A stretch of 47,664 nucleotides of DNA from Thermodesulfobacteriota bacterium (GTDB lineage: Bacteria > Desulfobacterota > Thermodesulfobacteria > Thermodesulfobacteriales > Thermodesulfatatoraceae), in contig JAADDY010000068.1 in assembly GCA_013153725.1 (NCBI GenBank), positions 1 through 47,664 of the forward strand. The letters run 5' to 3'. Below, piece after piece: positions 29,277 through 38,192 of the stretch (its first letter is position 1; each line of letters starts with the position of its first letter). Made by a program: the position numbers and the translations under genes. The notes below the pieces were generated by a model, which was given only the letters and a program-made list of their open reading frames with translations, ran no database searches and was not told the origin of the DNA.

Positions 29277-30164
29277 TTAATCGGATCGTCGACAAAAATC
29301 CACAAAAATTTGGGCCACGGGAGACAAAATGTGATGCCTGGGCGTTATGAGATAAAAGTACCTCTCGATTTCGAAAGGAAGAGAGAGTTTCAGGACAGAA
29401 CCTCTCTCTAAGTCCTCTTCCACGGCGATCTCTGAGACAAAAGCTGCTCCAAGCCCGGCCTTTACACCCTGTTTTACGGCCTCCGTAGAGCCGAGCTCCG
29501 CCACGATGTGGCACTCCTCCGGGGAAAGACCTTCTTCCCGGAGCTTTTCCTGTACCACCAGCCAGGTTCCCGACCCTTCTTCCCGGACCAGAAGCGGAAT
29601 CTCAACAAGATCCCGGAGGGAGAGGGTACAGGGCTCTTTGAAGAGCCTGGGGGAGGCGATGAGGACGATCTTGTCTTCCCAGAGAGGCTCGAAATCGAGC
29701 TCTCTTTCGGGAATCTTGGCGCCTACCACCCCCAGATCAAGTTCCCCCAGGGCGACCTGGCGCGCGATTTCCTGGGTGTCGGCAACCTTGAGGGTGATCT
29801 TGATGGCTGGATATTCTCTTTTGAAGGAACCCAGGAGCCCTGGCAAGATGTACTGCCCCGGGATGGTGCTCCCTCCCAGAAAAAGCACCCCCTGCCCTCC
29901 CTGGGCAAAGAGGCGCATTTCGCGCTCGAGTTCTTCGGAGAGCTTGAGCAAACGCTTGGCGTAGCGGTAAAGGAGCTGGCCAGCCCTGGTGGGCCGCACC
30001 TCCCTCGTGTGGCGGTCAAAAAGGGGGACCTGGAAATAATCCTCGAGACTCTTGATGTGGCCGGAGACCGTGGGCTGAGAAAGATGGCATTTCTGGGCGG
30101 CGCGGGAAAAACTCTCCTCCTCTATGACCGCCACGAAGACGGCGAGCTTCCGCAGATCAAGCAT
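29277..30164 (-). CDS. LysR-family regulator, resembling the selenium-metabolism-associated subfamily
   Basis: SFSRAA...LSQPTVSGHIKSLE HTH; GGSTIPGQYILP, REEGSGT, ELGSTEAVKQGV. Start at ATG 30164 overlaps the upstream stop. Confidence 0.9.
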   Translation of the reverse strand: MLDLRKLAVFVAVIEEESFSRAAQKCHLSQPTVSGHIKSLEDYFQVPLFDRHTREVRPTRAGQLLYRYAKRLLKLSEELEREMRLFAQGGQGVLFLGGSTIPGQYILPGLLGSFKREYPAIKITLKVADTQEIARQVALGELDLGVVGAKIPERELDFEPLWEDKIVLIASPRLFKEPCTLSLRDLVEIPLLVREEGSGTWLVVQEKLREEGLSPEECHIVAELGSTEAVKQGVKAGLGAAFVSEIAVEEDLERGSVLKLSLPFEIERYFYLITPRHHILSPVAQIFVDFCRRSD

Positions 30165-30534
30165 TTCCCGTCTCAAAGGTCCCCAGTACAGCCTCTCGCA
30201 CCCGCGGGGGAAGGATCTTGGCCCCGATCTCAAGGATCTTTTTGATCACCGGGACCACGTCCTCATCTCCTTCCCAGTAGGCCCGCAACACTTCTTCATC
30301 CGTATGATAGAGCAGCCGCAAAAGGGCCAGGGCCACCAGATAGAGGTCATCCACCATCCCGAAGAAAGGAATCATGTCCGGAACGAAGTCCACCGGGTTC
30401 AAGAGATAGGCGATGGCAGCCGCAAGAATGGTCTTGTCCTTGAGGGGGACCCGTTTGTCCTTCAATAGGCCAAAGAGAAGCTTCAAAAACCTGGGGACCA
30501 TGCCTATGTAGCGTTTCATCTCTACCAGATTCAA
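30157..30534 (-). CDS. YkvA / DUF1232 family membrane protein
   Basis: DKRVPLKDK...AIAYLLNPVDFVPDMIPFFGMVDD; TTG start with AGGAGG 6 nt upstream. Confidence 0.9.
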   Translation of the reverse strand: MNLVEMKRYIGMVPRFLKLLFGLLKDKRVPLKDKTILAAAIAYLLNPVDFVPDMIPFFGMVDDLYLVALALLRLLYHTDEEVLRAYWEGDEDVVPVIKKILEIGAKILPPRVREAVLGTFETGNA

Positions 30535-30619
30535 ACCGGGCCTCCTGAATTTATCGGTTTTCTCTATGAAACTTGTCAAAAAAGGATATAGTTTAAAGGA
30601 AACCTGCGCAACTCCAAAA

Positions 30620-31705
30620 ATGACGATGCGGATCAAGAGACGACCTACCAGGACGATTTACGTGGGGGACGTCCCGGTTGGCGGAGGCCATCCGGTGGTG
30701 GTGCAATCCATGACCAACACGGACACGCGTGACGTTTCCGCCACCGTGGCGCAGATCAGGCGTCTTGAAGACGTGGGGTGTGAGATCATCCGGGTGGCGG
30801 TGCTGGACGAAGAAGCGGCCCGGGCCATTGGTCAGATCAAGCAAGAGATCCGTATCCCCCTCATCGCCGATATCCATTTCGACTGGCGTTTGGCGATCGC
30901 GGCCCTGCGCGCCGGGGCCGATGGTCTGCGCATCAACCCCGGAAACATCAAGGGCCTTGAGAACGTGCGCAAGATCATCCAGGCGGCCAAGGAGCGGGGA
31001 GCCGCCGTGCGGGTGGGGGTAAACGCCGGTTCCCTTGAAAAGGACCTCTACCGGAAATACGGCGGCGCCACTCCCGAGGCCCTGGTCGAAAGCGCCCTCC
31101 GCCACCTCGATTTCATCGTGGGGGAGCTTGGTTTCGAAAACCTCAAGGTCTCTCTCAAGTCTTCCGACGTCTGGACCACCATCGAGGCTTACCGCCTCTT
31201 TGCGGAAAAAAGCGATTTCCCCCTCCACCTGGGGGTCACCGAGGCCGGAGGGCTCATCGCAGGCACGGTGAAAAGCGCCTTTGCCCTGGGGCTTTTGCTC
31301 TCCGAAGGCATAGGGGATACCATCCGGGTCTCCCTCACCCGCGATCCGGAAGAAGAGGTCCACGTGGCCTATGAGATCCTGCGGGCCGTGGGGCTGCGGG
31401 AGCGCGGCCCGGAGATCATTTCCTGCCCTACCTGTGGGCGCTGCGAAATAGAGCTCTTCCCCATCGCCGAAGAGGTGGAAAGGTTCGCCCGCGGCATCTC
31501 CAGGCCCTTGAAACTTGCGGTCATGGGCTGTGTGGTAAACGGCCCCGGGGAGGCGAAAGAAGCTGACGTGGGCCTTGCCGGAGGCAAGGGCGTGGGAATC
31601 ATCTTCCGCAGGGGGAAAATTGTCAAAAAGGTCCCGGAAGAAGAGATCCTTCCGGCCTTCTTTGAAGAAGTGAGGCGCTTCCTCAAAGAGAATCCCGAAG
31701 CTTGA
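30620..31705 (+). CDS. ispG: (E)-4-hydroxy-3-methylbut-2-enyl-diphosphate synthase
   Basis: VQSMTNTDT, PLIADIHF, RINPGN, PLHLGVTEAG, GIGDTIRVSL, SCPTCGRC, MGCVVNGPGE. Confidence 0.97.
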   Translation: MTMRIKRRPTRTIYVGDVPVGGGHPVVVQSMTNTDTRDVSATVAQIRRLEDVGCEIIRVAVLDEEAARAIGQIKQEIRIPLIADIHFDWRLAIAALRAGADGLRINPGNIKGLENVRKIIQAAKERGAAVRVGVNAGSLEKDLYRKYGGATPEALVESALRHLDFIVGELGFENLKVSLKSSDVWTTIEAYRLFAEKSDFPLHLGVTEAGGLIAGTVKSAFALGLLLSEGIGDTIRVSLTRDPEEEVHVAYEILRAVGLRERGPEIISCPTCGRCEIELFPIAEEVERFARGISRPLKLAVMGCVVNGPGEAKEADVGLAGGKGVGIIFRRGKIVKKVPEEEILPAFFEEVRRFLKENPEA

Positions 31706-32549
31706 GGGCCAGCTGGTAGACCAGCTTTTTGGGGGCCCCGGTCTCCTGCGACACTTTCTGGACGGCCTCTTTGAGGCTTGTGCCGTGGTTAAAGGCCGCT
31801 TTTAGTGCCTCTGCGATGTCTTTTTCCGAAGGGGTGCGGGGGCCCTTGCTGGCCCCGGCCAGCACCAGGGTGAACTCTCCCCGTGGCTTTTCCTGCGAGA
31901 ACCTCTCGTAGAGCGCTGAGAGCCGTGTGAGAAGGTACTCTTCGTGCTTCTTGGTCATCTCGCGGGCCAGGAAGACTTCGCGGTCTCCCAGGATTTCCAG
32001 GGCGTCTCCGAGGGTGCCTTCGATGCGATGCGGGCCCTCAAAAAAGACGAGCGGTCGCCTCTCTTTCGCCACTTCCTGGAATACGGCCCGTCGTTTGGCC
32101 CTTTTGGCGGGAAGAAAGCCCAGAAAGACGAACCCTTCGTCCAGCGGGAAACCGCTTACCGAAAGGGCGCAAGCCAGGGCCGAAGGCCCGGGAACGGGAA
32201 CGACGGGAAGGCCCTCTTCGTGGGCGCGTCTCACCAGGACGGCCCCTGGGTCCGAGATACCCGGGGTGCCGGCCTCGCTCACCAGGGCGATCTTCTTCCC
32301 TTCCTTCAGGGCCTTGATGAGGGAAGGGGTGCGCTCTTTTTCGTTGTGTTCGTGGTAGGCGACAAGCTTCGGGCCTTTGAGCTCGAAATGGTTGAGGAGC
32401 TTAAGCGTGGTGCGGGTGTCCTCGGCGGCGATGAGGTCGACGCTCTGAAGGATTTCAAGGGCCCGGAGGGTGATGTCTTTCAGGTTGCCGAGGGGGGTGG
32501 CGACGACATAAAGCACGCCGACTTCATTTTTTGGTGGCACGGTAGACAT
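31683..32549 (-). CDS. rsmI: 16S rRNA C1402 2'-O-methyltransferase
   Basis: LYVVATPLGNLKDITLRAL, AAEDTR, VSEAGTPGISDPG, AREMTKKHEE. Confidence 0.96.
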   Translation of the reverse strand: MSTVPPKNEVGVLYVVATPLGNLKDITLRALEILQSVDLIAAEDTRTTLKLLNHFELKGPKLVAYHEHNEKERTPSLIKALKEGKKIALVSEAGTPGISDPGAVLVRRAHEEGLPVVPVPGPSALACALSVSGFPLDEGFVFLGFLPAKRAKRRAVFQEVAKERRPLVFFEGPHRIEGTLGDALEILGDREVFLAREMTKKHEEYLLTRLSALYERFSQEKPRGEFTLVLAGASKGPRTPSEKDIAEALKAAFNHGTSLKEAVQKVSQETGAPKKLVYQLALKLRDSL

Positions 32550-33114
32550 GGAGCATCCGTTGAAGGGCTGTAAGGTTGGCCAGGATGGCGATGATGGCAA
32601 GAGAGAAGGTCACCCACTCCAGGAGGAGGCCGAGAGTAAGAATGGCCAGTCTTTCAAAGCGGGTAAGAAGCCCCACCTTGCACTCAAGCCCAAGGGCCTC
32701 GGCCCGGGCCCGGGCGTAACTCACCATGAGGGAGCCGGTGAGGGCGAAAAAAGAAAGAAGGGCCCAGTTCTTGGCCCCGATTTCCAGGGCGAAGTAGAGA
32801 AGACCGCCAAAGATGGCGATTTCGGCGTAGCGGTCGAGGGTGGAATCCAGAAAGGCCCCGAAGACGGACTGTTTTCCGGAGCGACGCGCCAGGAGGCCGT
32901 CCACGGCATCAAGGGGGCCGAAGAGGAGGAGCAGCAGCCCGGCAAGCCTCAGGTGCCCGAGGGCCAGAGCCGCTCCCACGGCCACACACCCCAGGAAACC
33001 CGCGATGGAAACGGCGTTGGGATGGACGTTCAGGCGGGCTAGAAAGTCAGCCACCGGGGCCAGAAAAGGACGGCTCAGTTCCCTTACACGGTCTGTCAGA
33101 GTGAAAGTGGCCAT
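32524..33114 (-). CDS. CDP-alcohol phosphatidyltransferase, phosphatidylinositol-phosphate-synthase-like
   Basis: HPNAVS, DAVDGLLARR...GAFLDSTLDR, MVSYARARAEALG...VGLLTRFER, TALQR. Confidence 0.88.
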   Translation of the reverse strand: MATFTLTDRVRELSRPFLAPVADFLARLNVHPNAVSIAGFLGCVAVGAALALGHLRLAGLLLLLFGPLDAVDGLLARRSGKQSVFGAFLDSTLDRYAEIAIFGGLLYFALEIGAKNWALLSFFALTGSLMVSYARARAEALGLECKVGLLTRFERLAILTLGLLLEWVTFSLAIIAILANLTALQRMLHVYRATKK

Positions 33115-33202
33115 GAAAAAGCTCCTTTGGCCCAATAATAACCTTGAAAAAGCCTTCAAGCCAAGCCTTCAAGTGGCCCTCAAAAGGGGCTAAGTTTATG
33201 GC

Positions 33203-33289
33203 ATGAAAGAATTTCTGCTGGAGATGCTGGCGATAGGGATCTTTGTGGGGTTTCTCTGGCTCTATCTCGAATGGCGGGCGCGTAAATAG
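33203..33289 (+). CDS. Putative 28-aa single-TM microprotein (below the ORF-track cutoff)
   Basis: MKEFLLEMLAIGIFVGFLWLYLEWRARK-TAG; hydrophobic core with basic C-terminus; TTCAAG-N17-TAAGTT ends 6 nt before the ATG. Confidence 0.6.
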   Translation: MKEFLLEMLAIGIFVGFLWLYLEWRARK

Positions 33290-33323
33290 TTGCATCCGCG
33301 GGAAAAACTTATAATTTGCCGCT

Positions 33324-34313
33324 ATGTCTCGAAAGTTTCCCAAAGAAGGGGTCTTGCTCCTGCGCCTCCCCAACTGGGTGGGGGACGCGGTGATGGCCTC
33401 CCCGGTGGTGGCCAATCTTCTGGCCACCTACGAGGGGCTTGCTCTGGTGGGGCGCCCCCATATCCTGGGGCTTTTCCAGGGGCTTCCGGCGCTTGAAGGG
33501 CTCTTTCCCCTCTCGCCCGGGCGCGGGGCCCTGCTCTCTCTGGCCCGAAAGATCAGGGGGCGTTTCAAGTGCGGTCTCCTCCTGCCCAATTCCTTTTCTT
33601 CCGCCCTTTTGTTCTTTCTGGCCCGGGTGAAGGCCCGGGCGGGTTACGCCACCGATGGCAGGCGCTTCCTCCTCACCCATCCCGTAAAAAGGCCCACCAA
33701 GCCCCTTCACCAGCGCGATTATTACCTGGAGCTCCTGAAAGGCCTGGGTATCGAGACCCCGTTCAAGAAATTGAGGCTTTTTCTGCCGGAGGAGGCGACG
33801 AAGCGGGCCGAGAGTTTTCTCACGGAGCTTCCTCCTCCCAGGGCAGTTTTAGCCCCCGGGGCGGCCTTTGGCCCGGCAAAATGCTGGCCCCTATCCCGCT
33901 ACCGGGCGCTCGCCTATCATCTGCGGCGCAAGGGGTTCAGTGTGCTGGTGGTGGGGAGCGCCGCGGAGCACAGGGCCGGTGCCGAAATCACCAAAGACCT
34001 CGCCCGGGCCCGCAATCTGTGCGGTCTTCTCGATCTCGCCACCACCGCGGCGGTGATCACGAGGGCTGATCTTTTCGTGAGCAACGACTCCGGTCTCATG
34101 CACGTGGCAGCGGCGGCAGGGGTGCCGCAGGTGGCCATCTTTGGTTCCACGAGCCCGGAGGCCACGGGCCCCCTCAATCCGCGAGCCCGGGTCCTTAAAG
34201 CGGATGTTCCCTGCAGCCCCTGTTTTGCCAGGACCTGTAAGCGAGGGTACTTTTGTTTCGAAAAGATCCAGGTGGCGGAGGTCCTGGAGGCGTGTCTTCA
34301 GGTGCTGACATGA
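33324..34313 (+). CDS. waaF: LPS heptosyltransferase II
   Basis: LRLPNWVGDAVM, LLPNSFSSA, APGAAFGPAKCWP, SNDSGLMHVAAA. Confidence 0.92.
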   Translation: MSRKFPKEGVLLLRLPNWVGDAVMASPVVANLLATYEGLALVGRPHILGLFQGLPALEGLFPLSPGRGALLSLARKIRGRFKCGLLLPNSFSSALLFFLARVKARAGYATDGRRFLLTHPVKRPTKPLHQRDYYLELLKGLGIETPFKKLRLFLPEEATKRAESFLTELPPPRAVLAPGAAFGPAKCWPLSRYRALAYHLRRKGFSVLVVGSAAEHRAGAEITKDLARARNLCGLLDLATTAAVITRADLFVSNDSGLMHVAAAAGVPQVAIFGSTSPEATGPLNPRARVLKADVPCSPCFARTCKRGYFCFEKIQVAEVLEACLQVLT

Positions 34314-34873
34314 AACGACCGGTGGTTTTTCTGGATCGCGATGGCACCATCAACGAAGAGGTGGGCTATCTGAACCACATAAGCCGTTTCAAGCTTCTCC
34401 CCCGCGTGGGAGAGGCCCTGAAGCTCCTGAAGGAGGCGGGTTTTGCCACGGTGCTCGTCACCAACCAGAGTGGCATTGCCCGCGGTTTTTTCCCGGCTTC
34501 GCTGGTGGAAGAGGTTCATCAGCACCTCCAGGAGGAGCTTTCCCGCTTTGGGGCGGAGCTTGATGCCATCTACTATTGCCCCCATCATCCCAGCGACGGC
34601 TGCCGGTGCCGGAAACCCAAGCCCGGCATGGTGGAGATGGCGGCGAAGGAGCTCGCTCTCGACCTCTCGCGGGCCTTTGTGGTGGGGGATCGTTTCACCG
34701 ATCTCCTCCTGGCGCGAGAAATCGGGGCGAAAGGGGTGCTGGTGCTCACTGGTTACGGGAGGGGAGAGCTCGCGTACTATCTCCCCCAGATCGGGCTTGA
34801 GCCGGATCTCGTGGCCGAAGACCTTTTCGAAGCCGCACAAAAGATCCTCTCTCATGAAGATACTTCTCGTTAA
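34310..34873 (+). CDS. gmhB: D-glycero-D-manno-heptose 1,7-bisphosphate phosphatase
   Basis: VFLDRDGTIN, VTNQSGIARG, YCPHHP..CRCRKP, VGDRFTD; ATGA overlap with waaF. Confidence 0.93.
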   Translation: MKRPVVFLDRDGTINEEVGYLNHISRFKLLPRVGEALKLLKEAGFATVLVTNQSGIARGFFPASLVEEVHQHLQEELSRFGAELDAIYYCPHHPSDGCRCRKPKPGMVEMAAKELALDLSRAFVVGDRFTDLLLAREIGAKGVLVLTGYGRGELAYYLPQIGLEPDLVAEDLFEAAQKILSHEDTSR

Positions 34874-35840
34874 ACTTTCCTCTCTGGGGGACGTCATCCA
34901 GGCCCTGCCCGTGCTCTCCGGCCTCAAGGCCGTCTTCCCCGAAGCAGAGATCGACTGGGTGGTGGAGGAACCCTCCGCGGCAATCTTGAGGAATCACCCG
35001 CTTCTCAGGCGGCTCCTCGTCTTTCGCCGCCCGCAAATCCTTGCGGGCCTCAAAAGGGGGTCTTTCGCGGAATTGCGGCGTTTCTTGCACCCTTTGCGCG
35101 AGGAGACCTACGACGTGGTGCTTGACCTCCAGGGTCTTCTCAAAAGTGGCCTCATCGTAGGAGTTTCCCGGGGAAGATGCAAGGTGGGCTTTGCCAACCA
35201 CCGGGAAGGGAGCCCCCTCTTTTACAATCTCAAGCTTCCTCCCTACGACCCCGAGATGCACGCCGTGAGGCGTTATCTTTCGACCTTGAGAGTCTTTGGC
35301 CTCGAGACCCCCGAGGCCCATTTTTCCTTCCCACCTCTGCCCCCTCTGGAAGAGTTGCGGCGGAAATTTGCCCTTCCGGAGCGTTTTGCCGTGCTCGTTC
35401 CGGTGGCCCGCTGGCCCACCAAGCTCTGGACGACTGAGGGCTGGCAAGTCCTCGCCCAAAGGCTCAAAAGAGAAGGAATTTTTCCGGTCATCGTGGGAGC
35501 GAAGGGAGACGCTTCCTATGCCCGGAAGATTCTTGCCGGGGCCCCGGGGCTCTCCCTTTGCGGGGAGACCGACCTTTTGGAATTGGCAACCCTTCTTAGG
35601 GGGGCAAGCGTTATAGTTTCGGTGGATACCGGGCCCATGCATCTGGCGGCGGCCCTTGGAAAACCCGTGGTAGCCCTCTTTGGCCCCACGGCTCCCTGGC
35701 GAACCGGCCCTTACGGTGAGGGGCACCGGGTAATCTTCAAGGGTCTCTCCTGCAGCCCGTGTTTTAAAAGGGAGTGCGCTTCAAGGCGTTGTCTTACGGA
35801 AATTGCGCCAGAGGAGGTCTTGCAGGCCTGCGGCTTTTAG
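34854..35840 (+). CDS. waaC: LPS heptosyltransferase I (GT9)
   Basis: MKILLVKLSSLGDVIQALP, DLQGLLKS, VDTGPMHLAAA, LFGPT. True start is ATG 34854. Confidence 0.85.
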   Translation: MKILLVKLSSLGDVIQALPVLSGLKAVFPEAEIDWVVEEPSAAILRNHPLLRRLLVFRRPQILAGLKRGSFAELRRFLHPLREETYDVVLDLQGLLKSGLIVGVSRGRCKVGFANHREGSPLFYNLKLPPYDPEMHAVRRYLSTLRVFGLETPEAHFSFPPLPPLEELRRKFALPERFAVLVPVARWPTKLWTTEGWQVLAQRLKREGIFPVIVGAKGDASYARKILAGAPGLSLCGETDLLELATLLRGASVIVSVDTGPMHLAAALGKPVVALFGPTAPWRTGPYGEGHRVIFKGLSCSPCFKRECASRRCLTEIAPEEVLQACGF

Positions 35841-36238
35841 TGCCCCTGTTTGGGGAGCAGGATCTTGAGAAGCCCCTCTTCGAAGACGGCTTCGGCGCCT
35901 TCAGAGGTCACTGGGAAGGGTAGCCTGATAAGGCGCTCAAAGGGGCCGTACTCTCCTTCTAGTTGGTAGATGCGTCCTCGTACGGGAAGCGCCCGGTATC
36001 CTTTGACGTAGAGGAAATGGCTATCGAGGCGGATATCGAAGCGATCTCTCTCCGCTCCGGGGCAGGCTATCACCACCATGAGGGCGTGCGGAATTTCGAA
36101 GATGTCCACCTGGGGGATCCAGGCTTCCTGGGCGGGGAGACAGCGGAGATGGTAGAAGAAGAGTTCGCTCAAATAGGCCTGCATCTGACGCTGCAGTTTG
36201 CTCAAGCCCTCACTCCAAAGGATGCGGATAACGGCCAT
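35837..36238 (-). CDS. Hsp20 / alpha-crystallin family protein
   Basis: WIPQVDIFE, EGEYGPFERLIRLP, AEAVFEEGLLKILLPK; SD GGAGGAGG. Confidence 0.88.
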   Translation of the reverse strand: MAVIRILWSEGLSKLQRQMQAYLSELFFYHLRCLPAQEAWIPQVDIFEIPHALMVVIACPGAERDRFDIRLDSHFLYVKGYRALPVRGRIYQLEGEYGPFERLIRLPFPVTSEGAEAVFEEGLLKILLPKQGH

Positions 36239-36249
36239 TTCCTCCTCCG

Positions 36250-37371
36250 TCAAAAGATCTTGTTCCCCGGGCGGCATACGGGTACATATTTAAACCAGCG
36301 GTATCGAAAAACCCCGACACTTCCGGGAATCAGCCCGTAGTGGTCGTCTGTAGATAGAAAGTAAAGTCCCGTCAAACCTTTGACAAGCCCCGCCTTTTCA
36401 AGCCCTTTGAGCCAGCGGCGCCTGTTTCGTTGCAAACCTTCCCGCAGAAAAAGGAGAGCATCGGTATAGGCGGCAAAAGCGGGGTCTCGCAGGACCTCGG
36501 TTTCCTTGCGCCATCTCTCGTAGAACCTGCGAATCTTTGGAGGGAAAGGACCTCGGCCGGCCAGGAAGGCGGCACCCACAAAGGGCCGACCGTAGAGACC
36601 GGCGTGATCCCTCAGGAAGGCCTCTTTTGCCACGAAATGTGGAAAATAGACCGGAAGGCCAAAGTTTTGTGCGGCGAGACTTTCTGCCACCCGGGCGGCG
36701 GTCTCGGGAGGAGCCCAGCAGATTACGGCTTCACAACCGAGGAAGGCTTCCACGTGGTAGGAGATGTTGGTGTCGTGGACTCCAAAATAGCGTTTACCCT
36801 CGATCTGAAGGCCATATTCCAGAGCGTAGGAGAGAAGCCACTTTTCCCCTTCTCTTCCAACGGCATCCTGGGTGAGGAGGAGACCGATCTTTTTGATCTT
36901 GCCCTTTCTGAGGCAGGAATAGAGGGCCTTGACCGCAGCCCTTGAAGAAAGACCTGTACGAAAGTAGGGACCAAGGGGTTTGCCTATTTCCTTCACCGGA
37001 TGAAATTCGCCGGAAGTGATGATGGCAGGTATGGCCAGAAGTCGGGCTTCTTTCAGCAGTTCCGGGACACAAGAGGGATTGAGGGGCCCTATGAGGACAT
37101 CGACTTCGTCCCAGTAGGCCTGATCCACGATTTTTTGCAGACGCCCGCACTTCCCTTCGGAATCGTAAAACACCAGGTTTATGGAAGGTGTGAAGCGAAA
37201 CTTTACTTCCTCGAGCCAGTCCTTGAGGGCCTGCCCCTGAAAGGCGTCTCTTCCGGAAAGAGGAAGGACAACCCCGGCCTTCAGCCCGGCCCAGGCCAGG
37301 GTCATTCTGCACAGGAGAACTACAAGGACACCGAAAAAGACGACTTTTTTAGGATTTTTTAAGTTTAGCAA
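36250..37371 (-). CDS. Periplasmic binding protein, LIV/PBP1 type
   Basis: Signal peptide then LKAGVVLPLSG, VDVLIGP, KIGLL, VKGLTGLY...DDHYGL. No adjacent permease. Confidence 0.8.
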   Translation of the reverse strand: MLNLKNPKKVVFFGVLVVLLCRMTLAWAGLKAGVVLPLSGRDAFQGQALKDWLEEVKFRFTPSINLVFYDSEGKCGRLQKIVDQAYWDEVDVLIGPLNPSCVPELLKEARLLAIPAIITSGEFHPVKEIGKPLGPYFRTGLSSRAAVKALYSCLRKGKIKKIGLLLTQDAVGREGEKWLLSYALEYGLQIEGKRYFGVHDTNISYHVEAFLGCEAVICWAPPETAARVAESLAAQNFGLPVYFPHFVAKEAFLRDHAGLYGRPFVGAAFLAGRGPFPPKIRRFYERWRKETEVLRDPAFAAYTDALLFLREGLQRNRRRWLKGLEKAGLVKGLTGLYFLSTDDHYGLIPGSVGVFRYRWFKYVPVCRPGNKIF

Positions 37372-38167
37372 GATATTTGCGAGCGATACGAGCTTGTTCT
37401 GATCGGGGATAAAGCTTAATCAGTTTCTTAAAGACAATCGCAGCGGCTTCGCGGTCTCCCAGCCGCAAAAAGGCGAGCCCCTGTTTCAATAAGGCGGCAG
37501 GGACCTTGCTGCTGCGAGGGAATTCGTCGATGACCTTTTGGTATTGTAAGATGGCATCTTCGTAAAGCTTGCGCTGATAGAGACACTCTCCGATCCAGAA
37601 GGTGGCGTTGGCAGCCCGTTTCCCCTGCGGGTACTTCTTGAGATACTCTTCGAGAAGGGCCTGGGCTTCTTCGTATTTCTTCTGGCGGTAAAGGTCGAGG
37701 GCCTTTTTGTAGAGGCTCTCCTCATCGAGAGACTTTTTGGGAGTACGGGCCTTTGAGGTCTTCTTTGGCGAAAGCCCCTTTTCCAGGTGGTCGAGCCGGG
37801 CAAGGATCATTTCTTGAAAGTCCTGAAGGGCCTCCCGGTCCTGTTCTTGCTGGTAAACGAGCTGTTCGATCTGGCCTGTGAGGCGCATCTGCTCTGCCTG
37901 AAGTTTTTCGAGCTCGGAGAGCAACTCCATCTGTCTTTCGCTGATCTGATCCATCTGTTTGCGGCTCTTTTCAAAGCGGCGCAACTCTTTGTTCAACCGG
38001 GCCACTTCGGTTTCAAGGGAGGCCAGCCGTTTGTCAAAGGCTTCCAGACGGTGGTTGATGTCGTAGATCTGGGCCTGGAGGCCTTCCACTTCTTGCTGCT
38101 GGGCCACGCAGCCCGAGACGATTAAACCCAGGACGAAAAGGCAGAGGATCTTCTTCCAGAGACGCAT
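37349..38167 (-). CDS. cpoB: Tol-Pal-associated protein YbgF/CpoB
   Basis: Lipobox-like VSGC, coiled coil, TPR with ANATFWIGE, AILQYQKV, KVPAALLKQG. Confidence 0.9.
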   Translation of the reverse strand: MRLWKKILCLFVLGLIVSGCVAQQQEVEGLQAQIYDINHRLEAFDKRLASLETEVARLNKELRRFEKSRKQMDQISERQMELLSELEKLQAEQMRLTGQIEQLVYQQEQDREALQDFQEMILARLDHLEKGLSPKKTSKARTPKKSLDEESLYKKALDLYRQKKYEEAQALLEEYLKKYPQGKRAANATFWIGECLYQRKLYEDAILQYQKVIDEFPRSSKVPAALLKQGLAFLRLGDREAAAIVFKKLIKLYPRSEQARIARKYLAKLKKS

Positions 38168-38192
38168 ATTTTGACTTCTAGTCTGAGGGGCT

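Noticed and set aside
34443-34853. Long N-terminal extensions in the ORF track (waaC, mtnA, LysR, ispG, DUF1232 and others)
   Set aside because: They overlap upstream genes or promoters; the family N-termini and SD or overlap signals point to later starts.
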